A stretch of DNA of 63,215 nucleotides, counting the filler, from Octopus bimaculoides (Eukaryota): the NCBI RefSeq assembly GCF_001194135.2. It is 3 parts of 2 records of this genome, joined end to end, with 100 filler letters (N's around TTAATTAATTAA, not from the genome) between each part and the next. Parts side by side here need not be neighbours in the genome. Positions count along the whole stretch, not along the records: positions 1 to 25,248 come from NC_068982.1; 2 more parts are not named here. The stretch is one strand, 5' to 3'. Position numbers and translations under genes: made by a program. The notes beneath the pieces were generated by a model. The model saw only the letters and a program-made list of their open reading frames with translations. It searched no databases and had not been told where the DNA came from. Shown piece after piece: positions 1-10,699 of this stretch. The stretch's first letter is position 1. The number at the start of each line of letters is the position of its first letter.

Positions 1-43
<43 letters not shown>
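1..43. repeat. (TTA)n microsatellite
   Basis: Pure tta repeat at the window start. Confidence 0.95.
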
Positions 44-256
44 GGCGGTGAGCTGGAAAAATCGTTAGAACGCCGCGCAAAATGCCTCGCAACATTTCAT
101 CCGTCTTTTAGTTCCGGGTTTAAATCACGCCGAGGTCGATTTTACCTTTCATCCTTACTTGGTCGATAAAATAAATATCAGTTAATCACTGGGGTTGTTG
201 TAATCGACTCACTCATTCCGCCAATATGTCAGACCTTTTGCCTATAGTAGAAAGGA
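44..256 (+). mobile_element. tRNA-headed SINE, family A (near full length)
   Basis: Head ggcggtgagctggaaaaatcgttag, B-box-like ccgggtttaaatc, central module gtcgattttacctttcatcc...gataaaataaatatcagt...ctggggttg. Homologous to the copies at 49282-49499 and 58953-59161. Confidence 0.8.
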
Positions 257-274
257 TCATCATCATCGTCATCG

Positions 275-307
<33 letters not shown>

Positions 308-330
308 ACATCATTATTTCCATCATTATC
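257..330. repeat. (ATC)n microsatellite at the SINE tail
   Basis: catcatcat tract; it produces the poly-Ile ORF 226..450. Confidence 0.9.
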
Positions 331-340
331 TTCATCATAC

Positions 341-470
341 TTAACGCGTCGAACAAAATGCTTAGCGGCATTTCTTCGGCTCTCTACGCTCTGAATTCAA
401 TCCCCACCAGGGTCAACTTTATCTTTCCTTCTTCCGGGAGTGATAAATAAAATACCAGTCGTATTCAGGG
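341..470 (+). mobile_element. SINE family A, second tandem copy (partial)
   Basis: aaaatgcttagcggcatttc...ctgaattcaatcc...ggtcaacttt...gataaataaaataccagt. Confidence 0.7.
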
Positions 471-1634
471 ATCAAATCTCTCACTTTTTCTTTCTGCGTG
501 TCTCTGTTTCTCTCTTCTGAAAGGAGCCAGTGGCTTTGATGGTCAAACTTGGAGAGGGATGAACTCCGCCAGGTCTAAAAATGAATAAGAATTTTGCCGA
601 GTAGACGCCGTGTTTAATCATGGCACCACCATGATGCCAACAGAAACTTGGGCACCCAAGACTAAGCAATAAAAATTCTGTTGTTCTTCGCTGTTCCATT
701 TGATGATACCAATGCTATATAAGTAGATTCGCACAGCGTGTGAGTTATTAGCTATGATAACATTGTTACTACTCAGCTGTTCAAAGTGTCCTTCATTCTG
801 GTATGTTTCATGATATCGGATTCTAAAACTACATACTTCGACCTAATTTCCTTATCAATTTGCTCTCTATTCTCACCTGTAGGAATCCCAATTGCTCTTA
901 TCTCAGACAGCTTGTCCCCACTATACTTATTAAAGCTGAATTTTTGAATAATTGAACATTGTTCATTGTTTAAGTGTTCACTTGTTTGCGTTCTTATTTA
1001 TTTACTTCAGATCATTCAGAAATATTAACTGGCTTATCGTCTGTTCACCATTTCCTAATTTTCCTATTTTAGTCTTTCTCAAATTATAATGTGTAGTTCC
1101 AGAAAGTTCTAAATGAGCATATGAAAACCGTTCCAGACGTGAACACTTCGTTTCGTTTAATTAAGTGAATGTACTAGTAGGTGATCTTTTAACAAAATGT
1201 TTTCACATTTGGAGACTGTGTGGAACAGAGTTAGTCGGAAATGTTTGAGAGAAAATGAATTCGAGATTTTGTCGTCGGCATGGAGTTTAGAATAGGAAGC
1301 AAATTAGACAATTGGAAGCAAAGTAGAAATATTACTACATTATCAATAGGGTACATTTTATAGAATTTTCTCGATTGAATACCTGTGGCTAGGAAGATTC
1401 AAACACATACTGACTTGAAGCCCATACGTACCGCATGGGTTAATTGTTAATTCGGTATACAATCCATTTGGTAATCCGAAGTCTTACACGCATACACATG
1501 AACAGAAGAACAAAGAGAGAATAGACAAATAATATCAGTTCAGAAAATGGATAATAGAAGCAAAGGGAAATCAGTAAAGGTGAATTAAATATAGTTATTG
1601 TGTATGTATTAGTATGTCTTATAGGTGCTGTATG

Positions 1635-1800
1635 ATCAAATAGTTAAGACGATCGCTTCACAACCACGAAATTTTAGTTTCGATTACACTGCGTAAAATC
1701 TTGGGCAAGTTTCATTTTCTATGACCTAGCTCGACCCATACTTTGTAAATGAAACTGGGCAAACGGTAACTGCATCGAAGTCTGTCAGGTGGATTGTGTT
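1635..1800 (+). mobile_element. SINE family B (CORE-type, octopus OR-like) head, decayed
   Basis: cgcttcacaaccac...ttcgattacactgcg...cttgggcaagt (CORE-like cttgggcaagt motif). Homologous to the reverse copies at 7090-7477 and 57425-57802. Confidence 0.6.
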
Positions 1801-2438
1801 TTAATAAAACCAGTCTTGCTATTGAGTATCGTGATGATTCCGCCTGAGAATTACATTAAAGTAACACATGTCTGTGGAATACTTAGCCACTTGTACGTTA
1901 ATTCAGTGAGACTGGTCATTTCTGTTGATTGAACAAACTGGACACTCATGGTGGGAACGTCCATTTTTAGTGTGTTATTTTGTAAAACAGTGAAATATAG
2001 AGAATGAAAGAAGAGGAAATAGATATGAGAACAAAGAGGGTGATAGAAGCTGAGAGCGAAAGAGAAAAATAGGTGATGAAAATATTTTATATTTTAAACA
2101 TTATCGAACTCACATACTTAACGTAAACGCCTCGTATGTTTATCTGTAGGCTGCAATTATGCGTGGTGAGGATTACTCCCTCAAAGCACATGACTTTAAG
2201 GTATTTTAACACTAGGTACTTTGAGGGAGAAATCTCCACCATACCATATTACTGCCTACCTGCGTTACGTTTGCATGGTCGATAATGTTCGTTACACTGG
2301 CGCTGCTTCTATTTCATATCTGAATTTATTCTTCCGTATGCATTGTCCGGGAATACCAGCACATAGATTTTACACTATATGCATATAAGAGAGATAGATG
2401 AATAGATAGATAAATAATTAGATAGATATAGCCATATA

Positions 2439-3045
2439 CGAGGTGGTATCAAAAAGTTCCCGGACAAGTTCTGTAGCCAACAGATGGTAGTACCCGTTTG
2501 AGAGTGCAATGAGAGCTAGTAGTAACTGTCACAAGGCGGTGTGCTGAGTGACATCGCTGTACTTACTCTACAAGTTGTGAAATTTGTGTCTTTGTGATCA
2601 CGTGTATGCTGTAGTCTGAGATTTTGTCATTGACAGGAAAAAAGAGCCAACATGAAATTTTGCATTAAACTTGGAAAGTCTGACACACAGAGATTGAGCA
2701 AGCTTTGGCAAGTGTACGGCAATGAGGCAATGGGTCGTACGCAATGTTTCGAGTAGCACGGGCGCTTCAAAACAGGAAGAACCTTTCTGGAAGATGATGA
2801 GCGAACTGGTAGACCTGTCACGAGTGTCACCCCTGGAAATGTGGTATTGTGCATCGAGAATTCGTTCCCCAGGGCCTGACCGTCAATCGAGAGTTCTACA
2901 GCAACGCTTTGAAGCGTTTGAGGGACATTCGGCGAAAGTGACAGGATCTGTGGAGCGCGAACAACTGAATTCTTCAGGACGACAATGCACCGTCACCGAG
3001 CTCTCCTCACTCGTGAGTTTCTCGCCCAAATCAACATCAGGGCTT
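2439..3045 (+). mobile_element. mariner transposon remnant (5' TIR, HTH region, internally deleted catalytic region)
   Basis: TA followed by TIR cgaggtggtatcaaaaagttcc. Translation from 2652: MKFCIKLGKS...YGNEAMGRTQCFE*HGRFKTGRTFLEDDERTGRP. It then jumps to IVHREFVPQGLTVNREFY...ILQDDNAP, the DDD-domain motifs of mariner. Confidence 0.85.
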
Positions 3046-3085
3046 TTTGATATCACAATATTCATATGTCTGTATATATATATAT

Positions 3086-3491
3086 ATCCTGTAAATAATA
3101 ATAATGGTATTTTTATATAAGCTTAAAGCTTATGGCGATCACCGTGCAATCAGCACCCCTTTTCCTGTCAAATTTAAGAACTATAATTGTTCGTGTTTGT
3201 GTACATATAGAAAAGCAAACACGAACTATTATAGTTCTTAAATTTGACAGGAAACGGAGGATGATTCTCTGGTGTAAAGGTAACACACTTAATCGCGTTA
3301 ACAAAGTGATGTGAGTTCGACTCCCACGCAGATAGGAAAGCCTTCTTTTTTCTGTCGAGGACTTATATGCCCCTTTATTAGACTATTTTCCTTAGTCATA
3401 GCATGGTGATCGCTTTAAGCTTATATAAAAATACCATTATTATTATTTACAAGATTGTAAAAACGGCGCCGTATAAAAAACATTCGCACTG
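3086..3491. mobile_element. Composite non-autonomous element: ~54-bp inverted repeats enclosing a hairpin and a tRNA-like unit, flanked by (TA)n
   Basis: Left arm 3086-3147 (atcctgtaaataataataatggtatttttatataagcttaaagc...gcgatcaccgtgc) is the reverse complement of 3401-3455, apart from a 7-nt insertion and 2 substitutions. Confidence 0.8.
3263..3351 (+). ncRNA. tRNA-like Pol III unit (degenerate; not a canonical tRNA)
   Basis: A box tggtgtaaagg at 3270-3280, D stem gtgt/acac, T arm gtgag-ttcgact-cccac with B box at 3313-3324, T6 run at 3346-3351. The acceptor stem pairs only about 4/7 and the anticodon arm is irregular. Confidence 0.55.
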
Positions 3492-3720
3492 ATATATATA
3501 TGTATATGTATGTACTTATATATATATGTGTGTGTGTGAAAGAGAGAGAAAGAAAGTCAGAGAGAGGTGGAGGGAGACATTGATAACCTAATCTGTTACA
3601 AGTTTTCCTTAATTTTGTCTTTTGTTACATAATATCGTCAGATTAAAATAGAATCACAAGTTGTCAGGCGACGGCCGGTTATCAGGCAAACAGCTTTTCA
3701 GATGATAAGAGTGAGAAAGG

Positions 3721-3860
3721 GGAAGAAAGAAAGAAAGAAAGAAAGAAAGAGATATAATAAGAAAGAAAGGAATGGAGGAAAGGACGAGAGAAAGAGGGAG
3801 AGAGAGAGAGAGGAAGACAAAAGAAAGAAGAAAGGAAAGAAAGAAAGAAAGAAAGAAAGA
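3721..3860. repeat. (GAAA)n/(GA)n purine tract
   Basis: Directly visible. Confidence 0.9.
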
Positions 3861-4265
3861 AGGGCAGCCCCATGTGCTATAATCCCAGGCCAACATTTTC
3901 AATGTTAGTTTTTATTGTTGTAGATATTTACTTTGTGTTTATCTCAATGAGTGACCTTGGGGAGTAGATAATCTGTTTTATCTCTCTTTGCTTTACAGAA
4001 ATACCCTTGAATTCACCTCTGACCCCGTTAAGGATAAGTAACAGGAAAAAAAGGGGGTGAAAAAGGGACAAGAAAATGAAATAGAATTAAATTTGAACTC
4101 AGGATTTCCAACTAATGCAAAACACTCGTCACTTATGCAGTGTTTGCAGAAGAAAAAGTTAAGCATAAAGTATGCTAGTGCCTCAACAGCGAACAGTGGA
4201 CAGCAACACCTTTTTGCTCTTTTTGTCTTTTTAGATTTTAGATTTTTGTTTTATCTTTATCAAAG

Positions 4266-4430
4266 CACATGGCCTAATGGTTAAGGTGTTGCATTCACGA
4301 TCATACGATCGTGCTTTCCGTTCCAGGACCGAATGATAATTTTATTCTTGAGAAAAACACTTCATTTCACGTTGCTCTTGTCAGCTGGAAAGTTAACCCT
4401 GTGACGGACTATCGCCCGTCCATGGTAGGA
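4266..4430 (+). mobile_element. tRNA-headed SINE, family D
   Basis: tggcctaatggttaagg (A box)...cgttccaggacc...cacttcatttcacgttgctc...cctgtgacggact. Homologous to 59340-59563 (-). Confidence 0.7.
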
Positions 4431-4499
4431 GATGGTGGTAGCGGAAGTGTTGTTGTAATGTCAGTCACTTATACACCATGCAAACCGGGTTAAACTCTA

Positions 4500-6120
4500 G
4501 CTTTATGAGTCCAAGAGCTCATGACTAGTCTAAGTCTATTGTCTTATTGAAGGAAGAGATCAAAATCCTAACTTAAGTGGAACATGTAAATTTTCATTTA
4601 GTGTCCCTCTCTTCTGTAGGGGTTTTGATGATTGATTTTTCCGGAAATATTTAATGGTATAATCTTACTGTGAATGTGTTATTTAAGAATGGCATTATGA
4701 CATGGAGCGTGGTATGATGCTGTTATTATCGCTAATTATTCTGTTCAGTGCTTTATCGTTATCGGTAGCTTATGTTAGATACAAACGTTTACCAGTTAGT
4801 GTATTTTTATTGTCCTTGTTCAATGCTGAGTGATATTTCTGTTACATGCAGTGTTACTGCTTCGAGTTGTTCCTGATCTTTATCAAGGTTACTATTTCTG
4901 TTGTGTAGTCGGGCTTTTATATGTTTAGATTGTTCTTGTCGCATATAATACTCGAGCGCATCTCTAATTATATCAATAAGTATATGTACAACAGTGAAAG
5001 TTATAATTTAGAAAACCTATACTATTGCTTGAGCATCTTAAAAATATTAGTAATAACTGTTGTACTCATATAAATGATTAATTAAAACAAGATAATAGCT
5101 TTGTTGTATTTTTCTAATTTTTTAACTTCGATATATAGCTTATCACAAAGTGCTCCAGTGACTTCTAACTTCCGGTACGAGGTGTACCAGCAAGTTTGTT
5201 TAATCTCGAGGACGTCATGAAATCAAAAAGCATTAAGAACCATTAACCTAGCCTGTTATCTTGAGTCTCTGAGTATCAGAGTGTCTCGTGTGTATTGAAG
5301 TTTCTTCTCCAAGTTTGAGAAGGTGTCAAGTTGATATAGTTCGAGTATGTAATCTGATGGAACAATTGGTAAAGATGGTGGAAGTATATATATATACATA
5401 TATATAATATATATATATATGTATGTATGTATGTTTATGAGTGTGTTTACAGCAATGTGTCTGGTGTTCGTTTTATTTTGAATACCAACATTTCTAGTGT
5501 GTTTTCGTATCCTACTAGTTTTTTAGTGTAGCTTGTGTAGTCTCAGTAATAGTTCTGCGATCTTTCGCCTTATGAGACCTGTTCTTTAGTGACATGTTCT
5601 GTGCAACCTTGTAGGAGTGTCATTAAACAGTTTAGATGAAATGTTCTATGATGTGTTTATAGAAATGTTATCTGAGCTATCGTCATATGAACCTCGTATA
5701 TGATTTATCATTCCATAAAATATGTTTTAGGCTGTAACTCTTTTATTGTAGCTTTTTGGTTTTATGTTTACTGAGTTTATTTTTTGTATGAGTTATATCG
5801 GGTGCTTTTAAACATGTTTCCTGCTAAAGTGTTAAATTAGGAAGGGAAGTACTAACAGTACTTCTTGTTTCTTGTTGTTCCTGTTATTGCTGTTGTTGTC
5901 ATTCTTATTTCTTTTCTTTCCCTAATGTGTGTATTTGATGGGCAGTTTTCGTAAATTGTATTTTTAAATATATTTGTGTCAATATTTTAGAAAATACATT
6001 TTTTCTTGTTTTTAAATTTGTTTTATCTAGAGGCATCAATTCTGTTGCTTTCGTAAGGTACTCCTCCACCAATCTGTTAGAAATATGATATTTCTCATTG
6101 ACGGACTTTCTTTTTATCAA
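4500..6120 (-). mobile_element. Possible decayed retroelement coding remnant (unclassified)
   Basis: Strong strand skew (A/C-rich on the minus strand) and short open stretches such as ORF 5905..6120. I recognised no diagnostic motif. Confidence 0.25.
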
Positions 6121-6309
6121 GATTTCAAAGAGATTTGACTGCTAATTATAACGGGTCGAGCAACCATATGAAGGCTCCTTCGTAGTTTTTCTTTATCTTC
6201 TAGACAGGTGGGGAGGCAATGCTCATGACTCCGGGATGTCGTAGGAGGGCAGGAGGAAGAAACTTGACCCAAATGCTTGCAACAGAGTGGACTCCACAAA
6301 ACTCACCTA

Positions 6310-6595
6310 GGGGCCAGGTAGTGGTGTAAAACTGGATTAATTCTTCGACCTAAAAGTGATATAGCGGGATTCGAATTCAGGATGCAAAATAGCTGGAGCA
6401 AATATTACATGCCAACGCTATAACGTTCTTTCAATCCACCGCCTCGGATTGGTAGATTATTACATCAAGAAAGAAGTAAAGACAAAGTGGATTTCAGCTG
6501 GTGTCGAACCCAGAAACGTAGCGGAACAAATATTGTGAGGTATTCTTTTCGGTGTTCTGACGACTGGGCCAATTTGTTGACTAGGAGCTTTCTGT
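6310..6595 (-). mobile_element. Two decayed SINE family A fragments
   Basis: gcgggattcgaattcagg and aaagtggatttcagctggtgtcgaacccagaa match the reverse B-box region of family A. Confidence 0.5.
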
Positions 6596-6938
6596 TGAAA
6601 CCAGACACAATATGATGAAATTTTGGACAAAATGATGAAATGTTTTAAAGAACGAACAACCTACGAGATATAACAAGAAAATCTCCCTCCGTCAACTCAC
6701 ACTCAACCTTCAAAAAAGAGACAATATATTGGAAAATAAAGTCCATGGCTAGAAAAGCCGCATCATCATAGGTCTATGAGATCATAGCTTATTTGGATCT
6801 AAACAACAAGTGGTAGTCAACAAAATGCAGCAGGAGTTATAGAAGGCAGTGACCGACTGACAAGGTCGTTAGTGGTGGATACAATACCACGTGAAATTTT
6901 TCTAACTTCCTGTACTCTGACTTCAAATGCTACCTATC

Positions 6939-6969
<31 letters not shown>

Positions 6970-7052
6970 GCCTGTCTCTAAATATATTTATATATGTATG
7001 TGTGTGTGTGTGTGTACATTTGTGTATACTTGTTTGTGTATATGCGTATACG

Positions 7053-7089
<37 letters not shown>

Positions 7090-7092
<3 letters not shown>

Positions 7093-7477
7093 TTTCATTT
7101 GTTTCAGTCATTAGACTGCGACCATGCTGGGGCATCGACTTGACGTTTTAGTCAACTGAATCGACCCCAAAGCTCTTTTTTTAAGCCTGGTACTTATTCT
7201 ATCGGTCTCTTTTGCCAAACCGTTAAGTTACAGGGACGCAAACACACCAACACTGGTTGTCAAGCGGTGGAAGGAGGTCAAACACAGATGTAAAGACACA
7301 AACACAGACACACACACACAAACACATTTACAGGGCCTTCTTTCAGCTTACGTCTATCAAATCCACTCACAAGGTTTTGGTCAGTCCGAGGCTATAGTAG
7401 AAGACACTTGTCCAAGGTGTCACGCTGTGGGACTGAACCCATGCGGTTGGGAAGTAAGCTTCTTATCACACAGCCAC
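7090..7477 (-). mobile_element. SINE family B (CORE/OR-like), full length, internal (AC)n
   Basis: tgtttcagtcattagactgcgaccatgctgg...gtacttattctatcggtctcttttgcc...aaatccactcacaagg...gaagacacttgtccaaggtg...gggactgaaccc...cacacagccac. Confidence 0.9.
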
Positions 7478-8559
7478 GTCTATAATATGCATTTATATAT
7501 GTGTGTGTGTGTGAAAATTATTTATACATCAGTTCTATGTACAGCTACGGGTACCACGTACATATATCTGCATGCATACTCACACACATACATTCTCACA
7601 AACATGTACACATACATAAACACATACTTGCATGCATAGACACATACACATATATGCATACATGCGTAGACATATATATATATATATATATATACATACA
7701 TACACACATATAGATGCATGTATATATACGCACACATACATATAGATACATACATTCATGCATATATTTTATTTATAGCTTATATGTTTAGTGACCTATA
7801 TTCGATTCGACCTTGTTTCCTGCTCACTTATAAAGAAATAATCCAACGCACATACATACACATACATACACATACTCACATAGACACACATACACACACA
7901 TACACACACACACACACATACACACCTCCATATGCCTTCACGCAATCTTAAACTGTTTTCCCTTTCACTCTCTCTCCTCTCTTTCCATGCCCCTTCTCTG
8001 TCGCTCTGCCTATCTCTGTGTCATTCTCTCTCATTCTCTTTCTCTCTCTCTCATTCTCTATATCTCTGTATCTTCTGTGTCTTCTTTCTCTCCCCCCTCT
8101 CTCTCTCTCCCTCTTCACTTTCTGTTTTTTTTTGTTTTTTTTTTACTGCCTGTCTCTGTTTCTCACTCTCTATGCTGGAGTGTCGATCTTTCCTTTCCTC
8201 TTCGTCTCTCCTGTGTCTGTCTCCCCCACTCTCTCTCTCTCTCTCTCTCTCTGCCTAGTTTTATGCAATCAATGCCACTTGTTACCATGCAGACAATTTT
8301 TCAGTCTTGAGGTTACTACTCTTCAGGTTTCATGGCGCTTAATCTCTACGAAAATTGCTCACCACTTTAGAAATTGGAGAATTTCCAAACTCTTCTGCAT
8401 CATTTGATGGAACTGGTTACCGATGGAAGCTGACCTCTGTTATAGACTGGAGCAGAAGTTGTGGAATCGAGAAAAACTCTATGATGGCGACGTTGAGGAA
8501 AAAAAGGGCTGTTTCTATTTTAATGTTAAAGAAATTCTCTCTCTTTCTCTCTCTCTCTA

Positions 8560-8830
<271 letters not shown>

Positions 8831-9249
8831 CTCTCTCTGTCTAAGAAATTGTGGAATAATTATTTTTTGTGAGATTGCTAAAAATGTTTGCAAAGTAAAA
8901 CGAATTACTTTGCCAAGAGGGAAAAGCGAATTTCTAACGTTTTGCTTTAGACTCTCTGTCACAGGCTTCTGAAGTATTTCGTTATCTTAAGTCTGGAGGG
9001 AAGGCAGCGCCTATGACCCTATCCAAGGCCTCCCAAGACGGCATTCCGTTCAGGAGAAATGTTGAGATCTCGATCACATATATACGTCATGGAAACCGGG
9101 TGACCAGTACTACCAGCTCTCGGGGTCAAGAACAAAACCATCGATGGGAGGGAAGGAGGCCTCATCAGACCAGAAATCTATCAAAGGTACCCAAGATCCA
9201 GATGGTGGTGCGAAGCTGAACTAAGGATTGAGTGTATGACCTATATTAG

Positions 9250-9460
9250 CCTTGGCTGAATTTGAACTCAAAAAGCAAACAGCAGGAACCAATAATGCTG
9301 GGCATCCGGTTCCACCCATCCACCACTTTGGAACGCTAACTTTTTATCAACCTCTAAAAGGCTAAGTTGACCTTGGTGAGATTTGAACTCAGAACGCCGA
9401 GATATTGTACAAATACTGCGAAGCATTCCGTCTGACGCTGCTCTAACGAATTCTCCTTCG
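9250..9460 (-). mobile_element. SINE family A fragments
   Basis: gaatttgaactcaaaa and gttgaccttggtgagatttgaactcagaacg...aaatactgcgaagcatt. Confidence 0.6.
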
Positions 9461-9754
9461 AATAAAGAGACTTCGAATAAATAGAATCTATTTATATAGC
9501 AACGCCAGGAAACAATTCTTTCTTTCGCCCCGCCTCGCTTCCCCTCTACTCTGTCTAGAGTTAACTAGAAATGTTAGTCTTCTACTTTCATACCAAAATG
9601 ATTTATTTCTCATTGCGAGCTGTTTCTGTTTTCTGTTGGTCGAGGACTATTATTATTAGTTTCCTATAGTTCTATTATTTCTGCTATATTGGTGTTAATG
9701 TCAGCCAAATTATATTATTGTTGCTATTGCTGTTGTTGTTGCTGCTGTCGTTGT

Positions 9755-9895
9755 TTTGTCTAAGTCAGCCTTAGTTGACTAGACTTACGCTCCAGCTATG
9801 ACCATGTCACTTTTTGTATAGTTAGGGCTACATTATCTAAAATCTCCTTTCTTTTCAAGAGAAATTTAGATTTAGCTTGCTAGCAGGTTACGCAA
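9755..9895 (+). repeat. Unclassified short interspersed repeat, family E
   Basis: gtcagcc...ctccagctatgaccat...gggctacattatctaa...cttgctagcaggtt. Related copies at 43485-43580, 51290-51480, 57030-57170 (-) and 58860-58930 (-). Confidence 0.5.
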
Positions 9896-9951
9896 GTGCG
9901 TACAGGCCAGCTTTCATGCTTCTTTTTCTTCTTCCTCCCCTCCACTTCTTC

Positions 9952-10013
<62 letters not shown>

Positions 10014-10661
10014 NNNNNNNNNNNNNNNNNNNNNNNNNNNNNNNNNNNNNNNNNNNNNNNNNNNNNNNNNNNNNNNNNNNNNNNNNNNNNNNNNNNNNNN
10101 NNNNNNNNNNNNNNNNNNNNNNNNNNNNNNNNNNNNNNNNNNNNNNNNNNNNNNNNNNNNNNNNNNNNNNNNNNNNNNNNNNNNNNNNNNNNNNNNNNNN
10201 NNNNNNNNNNNNNNNNNNNNNNNNNNNNNNNNNNNNNNNNNNNNNNNNNNNNNNNNNNNNNNNNNNNNNNNNNNNNNNNNNNNNNNNNNNNNNNNNNNNN
10301 NNNNNNNNNNNNNNNNNNNNNNNNNNNNNNNNNNNNNNNNNNNNNNNNNNNNNNNNNNNNNNNNNNNNNNNNNNNNNNNNNNNNNNNNNNNNNNNNNNNN
10401 NNNNNNNNNNNNNNNNNNNNNNNNNNNNNNNNNNNNNNNNNNNNNNNNNNNNNNNNNNNNNNNNNNNNNNNNNNNNNNNNNNNNNNNNNNNNNNNNNNNN
10501 NNNNNNNNNNNNNNNNNNNNNNNNNNNNNNNNNNNNNNNNNNNNNNNNNNNNNNNNNNNNNNNNNNNNNNNNNNNNNNNNNNNNNNNNNNNNNNNNNNNN
10601 NNNNNNNNNNNNNNNNNNNNNNNNNNNNNNNNNNNNNNNNNNNNNNNNNNNNNNNNNNNNN

Positions 10662-10699
<38 letters not shown>

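Noticed and set aside
8340-8520. Unique-looking stretch between CT tracts with short open frames
   Set aside because: No recognisable motif, and the candidate minus-strand exon frame is closed by a stop.
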